Shown piece after piece: positions 1-10,089 of a DNA stretch of 64,000 nt. Source of the DNA: an uncultured Planctomycetales bacterium (GTDB lineage: Bacteria > Omnitrophota > Gorgyraeia > Zapsychrales > Fredricksoniimonadaceae); the NCBI GenBank assembly GCA_964483785.1, contig CAZACW010000007.1, positions 375-64,374 on the forward strand, in the 5' to 3' direction. The notes below the pieces were generated by a model. That model searched no databases. It was not told the DNA's origin and worked only from the letters and a program-made list of their open reading frames with translations. The translations under genes were made by a program, and so were the position numbers. Each line of letters opens with the position of its first letter. The stretch's first letter is position 1.

Positions 1-3000
1 GGTCCGGTGTCAATCTCCCTTGACGTCTCAGCCACAATTGTTTTTCATTCCAATTGTGCAAGGGCTGATAAACCCCTACATAGGTGTTATTTCGAGTGAT
101 GCTGACCATCGCCTGGTCTGCGCTTTCTTCAATGGATTGCTCATCTGTACGGTATTCTTGCCTGAAACTTCTCAATAATCTCCGATGCCCTCCTAATGGC
201 ACTAGAAATCTATTGTAAAACCACATGATCCTGGAGAATAAAATCACAAATGTAAAGATCCCGATGCCCAAATAGGTGCCCAATGCAAAAAGAGGAATCC
301 TGGGAAAATACAGCCCTTGATATCCGATATCGATATCATATGCAAAATGCCTCATTTCGGAGGAAAATCTCTCAATCATCTCCGCATAGCTGTGGGGTAT
401 TTCCCAGTCGAATACAACTTGATTGAACATCCGGGTCACCATTTCCTGCCAACCCTCGCGCGGCACATTTTGGCGGATTTCTGCCACTGTACGCTGCATC
501 ATAAGGGGGTCAATGGTTGTGTTCACGATATCCATGATTTGAGGCAGATCTAATTCTTCATCATGGTACCTGCCTTCACGCGCTGTAATGGGCGATTGGC
601 GGAATTCCTGGCTGGCAAAAATCTCTTGGGCCGCCCATCGGTATCCGATCCTTTCCATCTGTGCCCTAACGCGCAGATCCCCATCCGGACGCGGGTCCTT
701 GTACCGGGATAATTCGGAAGCGCTCATGGTCTCCAGGACCACGTCCATCAAGGGCGCGACTTTTTTGAGCTGATCTGGATTTTCTTTGGGATTTTGGGCA
801 TGCCGATTATACACCATCGTAAGAGATTCGCGCAGCACCCTTTTCCAGGCCGCGTCGTTGCGGTGGGCATCATTCCAAAGATCATAGATGTCCAGTTTGG
901 ATTCAATCAGGTCCTGAAAATCATCGTCCGCGTATCGATAAGCGCTTAATAGCTTCAGACGAAATGCCGGGTCCTTCATATTTTCCTCCAAGGTATTTCC
1001 AGGGACATATTTTAAATATTTCAACAACCGCACCACTTCCGATGGACCTGACCTTGCAATATAGCCTGCTTTTTCCGGAGCTTCGTTCATTTCATAATAA
1101 ATAATGGATGCGCCTTCCATGCTTGGAAGCCTGGAGAGATCATCGATAGGTTCCCCTTGAATGGCAGTTCCTGGAGGGACCCTGGCGATAAAATTCGAGG
1201 TGCGCGGAAGGGATCTTCCCAATAAGGTCGGGTCCTTAAACTCTGGAGCCTCCCAATTGGGTGAAGTCTCCAAAAAGCCTTTGGCATCCTCTCCCCAGCC
1301 GGTCAAACGTTCGCGGTTGCGCTCTTCAAATGGAAAAATCCAAAGCAAGTTTGGATTAAAGGGCCCCTTGTGCCAAATTTCGGGGACCAAATCAAGCTCA
1401 ATGGACCTTTCCACCTGACTGCGTTCCGTGTTCATCAAATTTTCGATTCTCTGCCCTTGAGGGACCGGCTTTTGGTCGTTCTGCAACGTAAATACATAGG
1501 TATTAAGTGCATTTAAATCCTGAGCCCATAAGATCGGCGACATAAAAGGCTGTTGAGGCGAGCGGTCAGGGGAAAAAGGAGGCGGCAAACTGTTCTGTAG
1601 AAACCGGTCCATGTGAATGGTCCCCAGTCTCCAGGCTGTCTCGGTCCTGATAACGCGCCTGACAGCCTCAGGCGTGACCATGGGATAAGGTGAATTGGCG
1701 TTGGGGACAAAACTCAAGATGGATTTGCCCTTAAAAATATCCGGATGGTCCATGAGGATATCCTCAATATAAAGATAGACCAAGGCGGTCAAATCCAACA
1801 GCCTGTCCTTGTCATTCACCAGCTCCAGCTTGGCTTCTTCATTGATTTCGATCAAAAAATGGAGGTTCGGCTTATCCCCCCAGGCCATCCGCCGAAAAAT
1901 TTCCTGCACAACATCCACCTTGCTGGAATGAAAGGTGATGTATTTTAAGGCGCTGATAAAACGCGGATCATTGGAAAATTCAGCATAAATGCTGTCTAAG
2001 GCCGCTATTCTCGCCTGCAAGGTTTCCCCTTCAATGGCCTGTCTCCGGTAATTCTCCAACATATTTTGCTGGCCCTCTCTCTGCTGGGTGGCCCATTGCT
2101 GTTGGGCGCTGTTGGGTACGCCTTGGCCCCAGAACGTCGACGGTAAGATGGACAAAGAGATGAAAATGACCCCTGCCATGGACAAGATCCTTTTCCTTAA
2201 ATGTGATAATTGGGCCTTGTCTGTGCGTTCCTGCAGCATGTTTGCGTTTCTGACGGGGTAGGTAGGCGGATCTAATAAGTACAAATAAACCAAGTCTTCC
2301 CTGGCCTTGGCCCTTAATTCAGCCACCTTCTTGGCCTTTTCCGTGATTTTAAGCCGATAAGAGGCCAAGTCTGCGGCCACGTCGCGATGTCCGGCCAAGA
2401 TCAAGGCATTTTGAGCATGGGCCAATTCCTGTTCTGCCTTAGGAATTTGATCCCTGACTAATGAATTATATTCATCTATGGTATCTCCAGCTTCTTGGGC
2501 GATGGCGATCCTTGTCCTTTCGATATCATCCAAGGAAGCCTGCGCATCTAAGGCCAATACCTTGCGTTTAATCCTGGCTGTGCCGTCATAAATGGGTAAT
2601 TCTCCGCTTAAGACCCCGAAAATTTTATGGATCACCGAACTGATGGATGTGGCGCCCGGGATGATATTATATTGCGCATTAGACAGATCCGCTGTGCCCA
2701 GCAATCCTGTGCCGTTTAATTTTGGATAAAACTCCAATCCTTGGATCCTGATGTCTCTTTCGACACCCCTTTGCGCAGTTAAGACCGACTGTAATCTGGT
2801 ATTAAGGCTTTGGGCACTCAAAATTTTAGCAATGAACGCTTGTTTGTCATTTCCCGCTATCGGTACCATTCTCTGGCTTAAATTGACAGTGGACAAAAGG
2901 GGGTTTTCCAAATGTTCCCATCCCTTGCCGGTCAAGTCATTGATCGGACGCATCAATTTTTGGGCCAGCGTTTCCAATCTGGCAATTTCACCGTCCACAT

Positions 3001-6000
3001 TATCAATATTGCCTTGAGATTGCTCTATTTGAAGGGTCGGGGTCGAGGTTAACCTGCCCTTCATCTGCGCCAAGGCCTTTTCCAAGTCTATCTTTAAACC
3101 CCTGGACAACAAAATCTCATCCTGCACTGCGGCCAATTCAATCAAGAACCTGTTGGTTTCATAACTTTGCTTGAGCAAGGCTGTGACCCAATCATAGTAT
3201 TTCACCTTGGTGGTGGTGGCATTGCTGTCGACCTTTTGGTCAACTTCACCATCCAATGCGCTGATCAAATTCCCTGTGGCCTGCACAGCGGCAGGGATGC
3301 TGGAACCGAGACTGCTTCCTCTGGTCACAGCCAGGTTAAAACCGCCATAACTGCCACTGATCCCGTAATTAAATTTACCATTAGAACTTATGCCGCCAAA
3401 AAGACTGACGGTCACGGCCGCCGGCAGGCCTTCCGAAGCAGCAGCCTTAAACATATCCACTTCTGTCCTGCCGCCGTTTAGCCGATAGGCAAGCACCGCA
3501 TCCGTCGCTGCTTCAGGAGAGAGCCGAAATCCTTGGAAAGAATTAGGGGCCCGAAGTGTAATGCGGATCGGCGGATTTTGTAAAATTGGAAAGGCCTGGT
3601 TGGCTGGCTGAGCCGTCGGGCTGCCAGCTGGCGACGGCAGGGTTGCTGCAGCCAGGGTTGCCGCTCGGGCCCCGCCTCCTGGGGGCCTTCCTCCGGCTCT
3701 TCTTGGCGGTGTAAGGGGTGGAGCCGGGGGTGGCGGAGGCGCTGCGTTATCTAGGTAAGGAACAGCTCTTTGAGCAATATGTTTGCGTTGGGATGGCGGC
3801 ACATACCCGGGTTGGGATTTAATGGCCCTCTGGACTTCAGGGGTTAAAAGAAACACACCAAACCCCCAATCCTTGCGCAGAATATGCTGAGGGTCATAGA
3901 CCATGACAACCAAGGATTGTTCGCTGGACATAACCGTCTTGGAATGCTGGGCAGGCCTGTGATCAATCACCTCCCCCAACAACGGGACCCCATCCAAGGT
4001 TTTGACCACCACCAGATCGCCGTTTTCAATGTTTCTGCGGATATCGGCAAAAATGTGGTATTTATCATCAATACCGACATCATTGGTCCCTAATTCAACG
4101 ACATCCGGCGCATAGGTGAAAAGAATGCCCCCCATTTGGATATTGTCTGACTCATCTTCCCCCGTTGAAAGGACGCGCAAATCTTCAGGGGCAAAGGTAT
4201 CCGCGGAACGGATCAATTCTTCCAGCATTTCCTTTTGCGCTAAAAATTCTCTTTCCCGGCTGTCTAATTCCAGCATTTCCGGGACCTCGGAATAGACAAT
4301 GCTGCCTTGCGGGGCCATCACAGCCTTTCTTTGCCTGACATCGATCAAGGCAGCCTTTACGGCAGCCAATTGGTCTTCGTAGGGCTTGGTCTCAACATGG
4401 GACATCCTCTGCCCGGCTTTGACAAAATCGCCTTGCTTGACAAAGTAGGTCACCTTGCCCGGAACCATCGCTGTAATGGGAAACTTAAACGTTCCAAGGA
4501 CCAGGCCCGTTATGCGCGGGATCCCGTCAATCCCTGAAAAATTCAACGCATCCCGGCGGTCCGGCGGGCGGACTTCCATAGACAGTCCCACTGGATCACC
4601 CAGCCTGATCGGCGAACGCTCAGGAAGCGTGATATGAAGACGAAGGAAATTTTTTCGATGTTCCAGGTCTCCGACCGTTTGTTCACGCAGGATAGGGTCA
4701 AAATAACTTTTAACATCGACCTGGTTTTGCCGGTTTTGATCATCCAGGGTCAAATTCAGATTACCGAAATACGTGATGCCCCGAGGTATTTCCAATTCAA
4801 CGCTAAACCGATCACTGGTGGGATGATAGCGGACAACGTGCCTTTCAGCATTGTGGTCTGTGTCTGACCTTTGCAAATCCTTGTCCGTGATATAGACCCC
4901 ATCATTAAGTCCGCCCCAGGATTCAATGTCCAAATCATACGGGGCCCTGACCACCCCTAACTCGGCTTCGATCTTTTTTTCAGCCAGTTCGCGGGACAAT
5001 TTTTGAAAATTCTCCCTGTATTGGGTCAATTTTTCCGCGGATAGGCTTTGGTTTCTAAAATCCACCTCCGCCTTTCTCCAGGCCTGCCTGGCCTCTTCGG
5101 TCCGGCCTTCCAGGATTTTGATTTGACGCCTCACCTCAAAATTATTGATCCTGAAAATAACTGAATTCTTTGCGTAGTGCATGATTTCAGGATGCAAATC
5201 ATAGACCTGGCCAGTCAGTCTGGGTAAAATTTGCAAAGTTAATTGAGTCAAGGTCCGGTGATCGGGGATATCAATATGTTGAGAACCCGCTTCAGGAGGA
5301 CCTCCAGCAACCAAGGTCACCGATGATCCTTCGTTGGGAATGGTCCTGCCGAATACGGCGGGTTGTAAAGCTTGGGCGTTGCCATCTCTGCGCTGGGTTA
5401 ACCATGGCGCTGCAGGCCGTCCGGGTTCCATCCCCATAGGAGGAATAACAATGGCGGCTCGGGCAGATCCTACTAAGCTGGGACCATCGCCGTTAGGCGG
5501 AGGCGGTTCTGGCATAGGTCTTGGTTCTTCAGGTGCTGGTATAAATTGTACATTGGGTGCATCGCCTGCAACGTTCAAGGACCCTGGACCTGGATTATCT
5601 CCCCTGGGTGAGGCTACAGGGGTGGGGGCATTTCTTGGTTTGTCTGTTGGTGTTGTTTGTGTAGTGCGTAGATCGCCTTGATCAGTCCTTGGCTCAATAG
5701 GTGCAGGTGGAGGCGGCGGTGGCGGGGCCGCCACTGTGGCAGTCCTTGCCCTATTCCTTTGATCTGCGAGCCGCTGTTGCCGCTCAGCCTGGGCCTTTTT
5801 TCTTTGATCAGCGAGCTGCCGTTGTCGCTCAGCCTGGGCCTTTCTGGTTTCTTCCGCTTTCCTCAGTCGTTCAGCTCTAGCGGCTGCTGCTTGAGCAATT
5901 TCTGCATCCTGCTTTGCCTTCCTTGCGATCTCTGCTTCCCTGGCAATTCTCTGTCGTTCGAGGGCTTGCGCACGCTGATCTCTCAAGGCATCAGCAGCCA

Positions 6001-7993
6001 ACTGGGCCCTCCTTGTTCTCTCTAACCGGGCATCGTCAGCGGCTTTGTCTGCCGCTCGTTGCGCGGTCAATCTTGCTTCTCTCATAATTTGAGCATGCTG
6101 GAGCATGGCTGTTGTGCGCACAGCTTCAAACGCATCAGCCCTTGCCTGGGCTGCAGCTGTATCAGCAGCTATTTGTGGCGCAGGTAGAGCAGCTGGGGCC
6201 GCCGGCGCAGCAGGCAAATCGGCAACTGGAGGGGCCTGTGACGCGGGTGGCGGAGGAGGCACAGGGACAGGCTCAGGCGGTGGCGGAACTGGTCCTCTGG
6301 CTATTGGTGGAGATCCACCTGGCACAACTACTTGACGGGGTGGCTCCTCTCGAGGAGGAGGAGCCGCGGCCAGTGGCGACCGAAGTACTGCCTCCCCTAC
6401 CAAAAATGCGATCGCTTTTTGATCTGATACAAGCGCGGTAATATTCATACGCCTATTTTCCAAAATAGGCGTATTACGAGTAACATTAAGTTGGGCTAAA
6501 TAACTGGGAAGCTTTTGATACAATTCTTGCCTGCGATTAACATTAGATAGCTCCGGGTTCTGTGCATTCATTATGTCCAGAACGATTTGACTCAAGGTGC
6601 TGCCTTGTCTAGGTGTGGCAAATACTTGGCCGCCAGTGGCGCTATAGTGTGTAATTGTATGTTGAGGGACTGCTTGAGCAAAGGTAGTTCCATGCGCTAC
6701 TGCGATTAAAGGTATGGCCAAGGCAACGGCCACGGCAAATTTGCCGGACAAGGATTTAAGAAGTGCGGGAGATAAAGGCAATTGGGCCGCGTCCGGCCGC
6801 AGGACCGGATTATTCATCAGCTGGGCCATGTCTCCCCCGATGGGCAAAAGCTCGACCTTGGCCACCCCGTAATCATGCGCTGCGGACAATTGGGCCGCGT
6901 CCAATTTGCCCCTGATGGCATCGAAGCTCGGCACCTGCAGGGTCTTCATGGCCAGGTCCGTTTTGCCGAAATTCAAACCACCGGAAAAATATTTCCGGGG
7001 CACCACCTGCTGGGTCAAGGGGTCCACGTCCTCGCGGATATAATTGTACGCGCCTACCTTATAAATACGCAGGTACTGCTTGTAAATGGCGTCCTTGGCG
7101 CCCTTGTCCACGTCGTCGATGCCGGCGATCTTTCTCTTATCTACATAAAAATTATTTAAAACGTTTCTTTTTAATGCGCGCTTAAACCAGGCCGCTAATA
7201 TGAGAGAATGGAAAACCTGGCGCACCTTGGCAAAGTTCTTGCCCTCATTCACTTCCTTTTCCAATTGCGGAAGGATCAAGTCCCGGGTTATGCCGGCGCT
7301 GATTTGATGGGCAATGCTTGCCGCCTCACCTTTTGGGGCCGTATGGTTTTTCGTGGCCAGATAATCTTCTTCCAGCATCACCTTTAAATGGGTCTCGCCG
7401 ATCAAGGCGGAATTGCCCATGTCATAAACAATGGCCTTGTCCGGCACAATCCAGACCTTGTTGTAGGTATTCACCGGCAGGTTGGTCGTGCCGAATTTGG
7501 CATAGGCCCTTTTGTAGACCTGGTCCCAGAATTTTTTACCCAATTCCGATTCAGGATAGGTCAGGGACGAGGCCAGTTGCTTTAAAAACTTGTCCTGGCG
7601 CAGTAAATCGTTGCCGGCATCGGTGAGCGCAAGCTCATCCGGGATGATGCGCCCGGATTCATACGGGGAAAGATTGACCCAGAGGTCTTCTTCGGGGATG
7701 GTGAGGCAGGTCAGAAAATACTTGATGAGGATGGAGGTCTCTTTCTGGTCAATGGCAAGGTGGCTGCCGGAATCGACCACAAAGTCAAACTCGAAAGGCT
7801 TGGCCGGGTACACGCGCATGCCGCGCAAAACAGGCAGGGAATAGGGCGTGGAAAGGTCTACGAAGTAATGGCCTGCGGGGAAAAACGGGGTGGGCTGGGC
7901 TTGGACGCTTTCCAGGCTGGTTTGAACCAAAAGAAAAGAAAGCAAACAGCAAATGGTCCGAAAAAACCTGGATTTTTTTATAACTATAGCCAT
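1..7993 (-). CDS. Giant multidomain secreted protein (>=2664 aa, 3' end beyond window): signal peptide, conserved N-terminal domain, Pro-rich/coiled-coil, HlyD-like, TolC-like and membrane-anchored modules
   Basis: Manual translation from ATG 7993 (MAIVIKKSRFFRTICCLLSFLLVQTSLESVQAQ...) stays open to position 2. The N-terminus (IKYFLTCLTIPEEDLWVNLSPYE...NKVWIVPDKA...PRKYFSGG) aligns with the ORF at 31545-34103. Absent from the track because it has no stop in the window. Confidence 0.9.
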   Translation of the reverse strand, partial: MAIVIKKSRFFRTICCLLSFLLVQTSLESVQAQPTPFFPAGHYFVDLSTPYSLPVLRGMRVYPAKPFEFDFVVDSGSHLAIDQKETSILIKYFLTCLTIPEEDLWVNLSPYESGRIIPDELALTDAGNDLLRQDKFLKQLASSLTYPESELGKKFWDQVYKRAYAKFGTTNLPVNTYNKVWIVPDKAIVYDMGNSALIGETHLKVMLEEDYLATKNHTAPKGEAASIAHQISAGITRDLILPQLEKEVNEGKNFAKVRQVFHSLILAAWFKRALKRNVLNNFYVDKRKIAGIDDVDKGAKDAIYKQYLRIYKVGAYNYIREDVDPLTQQVVPRKYFSGGLNFGKTDLAMKTLQVPSFDAIRGKLDAAQLSAAHDYGVAKVELLPIGGDMAQLMNNPVLRPDAAQLPLSPALLKSLSGKFAVAVALAIPLIAVAHGTTFAQAVPQHTITHYSATGGQVFATPRQGSTLSQIVLDIMNAQNPELSNVNRRQELYQKLPSYLAQLNVTRNTPILENRRMNITALVSDQKAIAFLVGEAVLRSPLAAAPPPREEPPRQVVVPGGSPPIARGPVPPPPEPVPVPPPPPASQAPPVADLPAAPAAPAALPAPQIAADTAAAQARADAFEAVRTTAMLQHAQIMREARLTAQRAADKAADDARLERTRRAQLAADALRDQRAQALERQRIAREAEIARKAKQDAEIAQAAAARAERLRKAEETRKAQAERQRQLADQRKKAQAERQQRLADQRNRARTATVAAPPPPPPPAPIEPRTDQGDLRTTQTTPTDKPRNAPTPVASPRGDNPGPGSLNVAGDAPNVQFIPAPEEPRPMPEPPPPNGDGPSLVGSARAAIVIPPMGMEPGRPAAPWLTQRRDGNAQALQPAVFGRTIPNEGSSVTLVAGGPPEAGSQHIDIPDHRTLTQLTLQILPRLTGQVYDLHPEIMHYAKNSVIFRINNFEVRRQIKILEGRTEEARQAWRKAEVDFRNQSLSAEKLTQYRENFQKLSRELAEKKIEAELGVVRAPYDLDIESWGGLNDGVYITDKDLQRSDTDHNAERHVVRYHPTSDRFSVELEIPRGITYFGNLNLTLDDQNRQNQVDVKSYFDPILREQTVGDLEHRKNFLRLHITLPERSPIRLGDPVGLSMEVRPPDRRDALNFSGIDGIPRITGLVLGTFKFPITAMVPGKVTYFVKQGDFVKAGQRMSHVETKPYEDQLAAVKAALIDVRQRKAVMAPQGSIVYSEVPEMLELDSREREFLAQKEMLEELIRSADTFAPEDLRVLSTGEDESDNIQMGGILFTYAPDVVELGTNDVGIDDKYHIFADIRRNIENGDLVVVKTLDGVPLLGEVIDHRPAQHSKTVMSSEQSLVVMVYDPQHILRKDWGFGVFLLTPEVQRAIKSQPGYVPPSQRKHIAQRAVPYLDNAAPPPPPAPPLTPPRRAGGRPPGGGARAATLAAATLPSPAGSPTAQPANQAFPILQNPPIRITLRAPNSFQGFRLSPEAATDAVLAYRLNGGRTEVDMFKAAASEGLPAAVTVSLFGGISSNGKFNYGISGSYGGFNLAVTRGSSLGSSIPAAVQATGNLISALDGEVDQKVDSNATTTKVKYYDWVTALLKQSYETNRFLIELAAVQDEILLSRGLKIDLEKALAQMKGRLTSTPTLQIEQSQGNIDNVDGEIARLETLAQKLMRPINDLTGKGWEHLENPLLSTVNLSQRMVPIAGNDKQAFIAKILSAQSLNTRLQSVLTAQRGVERDIRIQGLEFYPKLNGTGLLGTADLSNAQYNIIPGATSISSVIHKIFGVLSGELPIYDGTARIKRKVLALDAQASLDDIERTRIAIAQEAGDTIDEYNSLVRDQIPKAEQELAHAQNALILAGHRDVAADLASYRLKITEKAKKVAELRAKAREDLVYLYLLDPPTYPVRNANMLQERTDKAQLSHLRKRILSMAGVIFISLSILPSTFWGQGVPNSAQQQWATQQREGQQNMLENYRRQAIEGETLQARIAALDSIYAEFSNDPRFISALKYITFHSSKVDVVQEIFRRMAWGDKPNLHFLIEINEEAKLELVNDKDRLLDLTALVYLYIEDILMDHPDIFKGKSILSFVPNANSPYPMVTPEAVRRVIRTETAWRLGTIHMDRFLQNSLPPPFSPDRSPQQPFMSPILWAQDLNALNTYVFTLQNDQKPVPQGQRIENLMNTERSQVERSIELDLVPEIWHKGPFNPNLLWIFPFEERNRERLTGWGEDAKGFLETSPNWEAPEFKDPTLLGRSLPRTSNFIARVPPGTAIQGEPIDDLSRLPSMEGASIIYYEMNEAPEKAGYIARSGPSEVVRLLKYLKYVPGNTLEENMKDPAFRLKLLSAYRYADDDFQDLIESKLDIYDLWNDAHRNDAAWKRVLRESLTMVYNRHAQNPKENPDQLKKVAPLMDVVLETMSASELSRYKDPRPDGDLRVRAQMERIGYRWAAQEIFASQEFRQSPITAREGRYHDEELDLPQIMDIVNTTIDPLMMQRTVAEIRQNVPREGWQEMVTRMFNQVVFDWEIPHSYAEMIERFSSEMRHFAYDIDIGYQGLYFPRIPLFALGTYLGIGIFTFVILFSRIMWFYNRFLVPLGGHRRLLRSFRQEYRTDEQSIEESADQAMVSITRNNTYVGVYQPLHNWNEKQLWLRRQGRLTPD

Positions 7994-8150
7994 GGCTGGA
8001 ACTTATTGCGTTTGTTTGGGTTTGATCCTTAGTATAGAGAATGGATGTTAAAACCGTGTTAGGGAGCAGTTAATCTTATATAAATACAATGGCTCTATAT
8101 AATATCGCGTAACCCGTTGGCTTGGAATAAGTTATCGGAATTTGACTGGG

Positions 8151-8179
8151 ACCATCACAACCCCCGGGGTTGTGATGGT
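8151..8179. repeat. 29-bp palindromic REP-like element, family A, copy 1
   Basis: ACCATCACAACCCCCGGGGTTGTGATGGT just after the mrp stop codon. Confidence 0.95.
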
Positions 8180-8181
8180 TA

Positions 8182-9222
8182 TTAAGACTTGAACAAGCTG
8201 TAAGGGTAGATGCCTGAAGCATGGCCATCACTCCAGGTAATGCCTACGGCATAATTGCCTAAAGGAAGGATTTCCGTGGGGTTGATGTCCGGAGGGATTT
8301 TCTTGGGGTCCAGCAGGCGCTGGCCCGTGGTTTCCGAAATGCACAAGGCGCAGGCGCAGTTGGCCCGCAGATCAAAGGCTTTGGCAGACAATTCGCGGCC
8401 GTCATCAAAAACCAGCACCACCCTGCCATCGCGATAGCCGGCATCCTTAAGAAAGGATTGATGTATTTGGGCCTGTTTGATGGCTTGTAAAAGCCCCTCT
8501 GCCGCTTTTTGAATATAAGGATTTGAAGGAGGCTGTTCCCCGCTTTTTAAGGGGGCTGTTCCCTTTAACTGAGACAAGTCTTCCTGGATTGGGATCTCCG
8601 CCAGGGTCTTGACGCCGAAGCGCGCGGACAAGGCCCCGGTCTTGGGCTGGCCGAAAACATAATATTTTTGACCGGTGTCCGGCGCTTGAAAATACGCCAT
8701 GTTTTCAATGACCCCTAAAATCGGGACATTGACCTTTTCAAACATCAGGATGCCGCGGGCCGTGTCTGCCAGGGAAAGGCCGTGGGGTGTGGTCACGATC
8801 ACGGCGCCGGCGAGTTTCACCGACTGCGTGATGGTCAACTGCACATCGCCGGTGCCGGGCGGCATGTCGATGATCAAAAAATCCGCCCCGCCCCAGCCGG
8901 TCGGAAACAAAAGCTGCGGCAAATACCGCGGGACAATGGGCCCGGGAATCACCGCCGGAGCATCGCCCAAAAGATAGCCGAAGGACATCAATTTCAGCCC
9001 CTGGCTTTCCAGGGGCGTCAACATTTTGAATTCATTGGCCTGCACGCGGGCCTGGGGCATGGGAAAAAGCAGGGGCATGGAAGGCCCGTAAATGTCCGCG
9101 TCAAGCAAACCGGTCTTGAATTTGCGGCGCACCAGCTCCAGGCCCAGGGCCGCGGCAACAGTGGATTTGCCCACCCCGCCCTTGCAGGAAGAGACCGCGA
9201 TCACGGATTTGATATTTTTCAT
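8182..9222 (-). CDS. mrp: Mrp/ApbC/NBP35 Fe-S carrier ATPase with C-terminal DUF971-like domain
   Basis: [33 protein letters not shown] motifs; C-terminal [10 protein letters not shown]...[16 protein letters not shown]. Confidence 0.9.
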   Translation of the reverse strand: MKNIKSVIAVSSCKGGVGKSTVAAALGLELVRRKFKTGLLDADIYGPSMPLLFPMPQARVQANEFKMLTPLESQGLKLMSFGYLLGDAPAVIPGPIVPRYLPQLLFPTGWGGADFLIIDMPPGTGDVQLTITQSVKLAGAVIVTTPHGLSLADTARGILMFEKVNVPILGVIENMAYFQAPDTGQKYYVFGQPKTGALSARFGVKTLAEIPIQEDLSQLKGTAPLKSGEQPPSNPYIQKAAEGLLQAIKQAQIHQSFLKDAGYRDGRVVLVFDDGRELSAKAFDLRANCACALCISETTGQRLLDPKKIPPDINPTEILPLGNYAVGITWSDGHASGIYPYSLFKS

Positions 9223-10088
9223 TTTAAGGCAGCGGCCAGGGCCTGAGGGATTTCGTCGGGAAAGTCGATGACCATGACCCCGGCGTCGCGCAGCATCTGC
9301 ATCTTGGCTTCGGCGGTGGAATCTCCGGACGAGATGATGGCGCCGGCATGGCCCATGCGCTTGCCGACCGGCGCAGTGCGCCCGGCGATAAAGGAGACCA
9401 CGGGTTTGGTGACGTGCTGTTGGATGAACTCCGCGGCCAATTGCTCGTCCCCGCCGCCGATTTCGCCGACCATGACAATGGCGCGGGTGCCGGGATCTTC
9501 CTGAAACATTTTTAGGGCATCTGTAAACCGGGTGCCGATAATGGGGTCACCGCCCAGCCCCACACAGCTGGACTGGCCCATATCATGGGCCGAGAGATTA
9601 AAGACCACCTCGTAAGTGAGGGTGCCGGAGCGGGAGATGACGCCGATATCGCCGGGTTTATGGATATGCCCTGGCATAATGCCCACCTTGGACTTGCCCG
9701 GAGAGATCAGCCCCGGGCAATTGGGCCCGATCAGGCGGCAGGGGCTGTCCTTCAAAGCTTTTTTGACTTCCACCATGTCCAAAACCGGAATGCCCTCGGT
9801 GATGCAGACGATCAAGGGAATGCCGCTGGCAATGTCCTCCAGCATGGCGTCCTTGGCGAATTTGGCCGGGACATAGATCACCGCGGTGTTACAGCCTGTC
9901 TTGTCCCTGGCTTCCTTGACTGTATTAAAGACCGGGATCCCCTCGACATTCTGCCCGCCTTTGCCGGGCGTCACTCCACCTGCGACCTTGGTGCCGTACT
10001 CCTTCATCTGCTTGGCATGGAAGGAGCCGTCGCGGCCGGTAATGCCCTGGACAATCACCTTGGTGTTTAAATCGATTAAGATAGACAT
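9219..10088 (-). CDS. sucD: Succinyl-CoA synthetase alpha subunit
   Basis: [31 protein letters not shown] phosphohistidine motif. Confidence 0.97.
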   Translation of the reverse strand: MSILIDLNTKVIVQGITGRDGSFHAKQMKEYGTKVAGGVTPGKGGQNVEGIPVFNTVKEARDKTGCNTAVIYVPAKFAKDAMLEDIASGIPLIVCITEGIPVLDMVEVKKALKDSPCRLIGPNCPGLISPGKSKVGIMPGHIHKPGDIGVISRSGTLTYEVVFNLSAHDMGQSSCVGLGGDPIIGTRFTDALKMFQEDPGTRAIVMVGEIGGGDEQLAAEFIQQHVTKPVVSFIAGRTAPVGKRMGHAGAIISSGDSTAEAKMQMLRDAGVMVIDFPDEIPQALAAALK

Positions 10089-10089
10089 G

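Noticed and set aside
317-8032. Many short ORFs in the track, including Gly/Ala-rich plus-strand ones
   Set aside because: Antisense or out-of-frame shadows of the giant minus-strand ORF; the Gly-rich reads mirror its poly-Pro tracts
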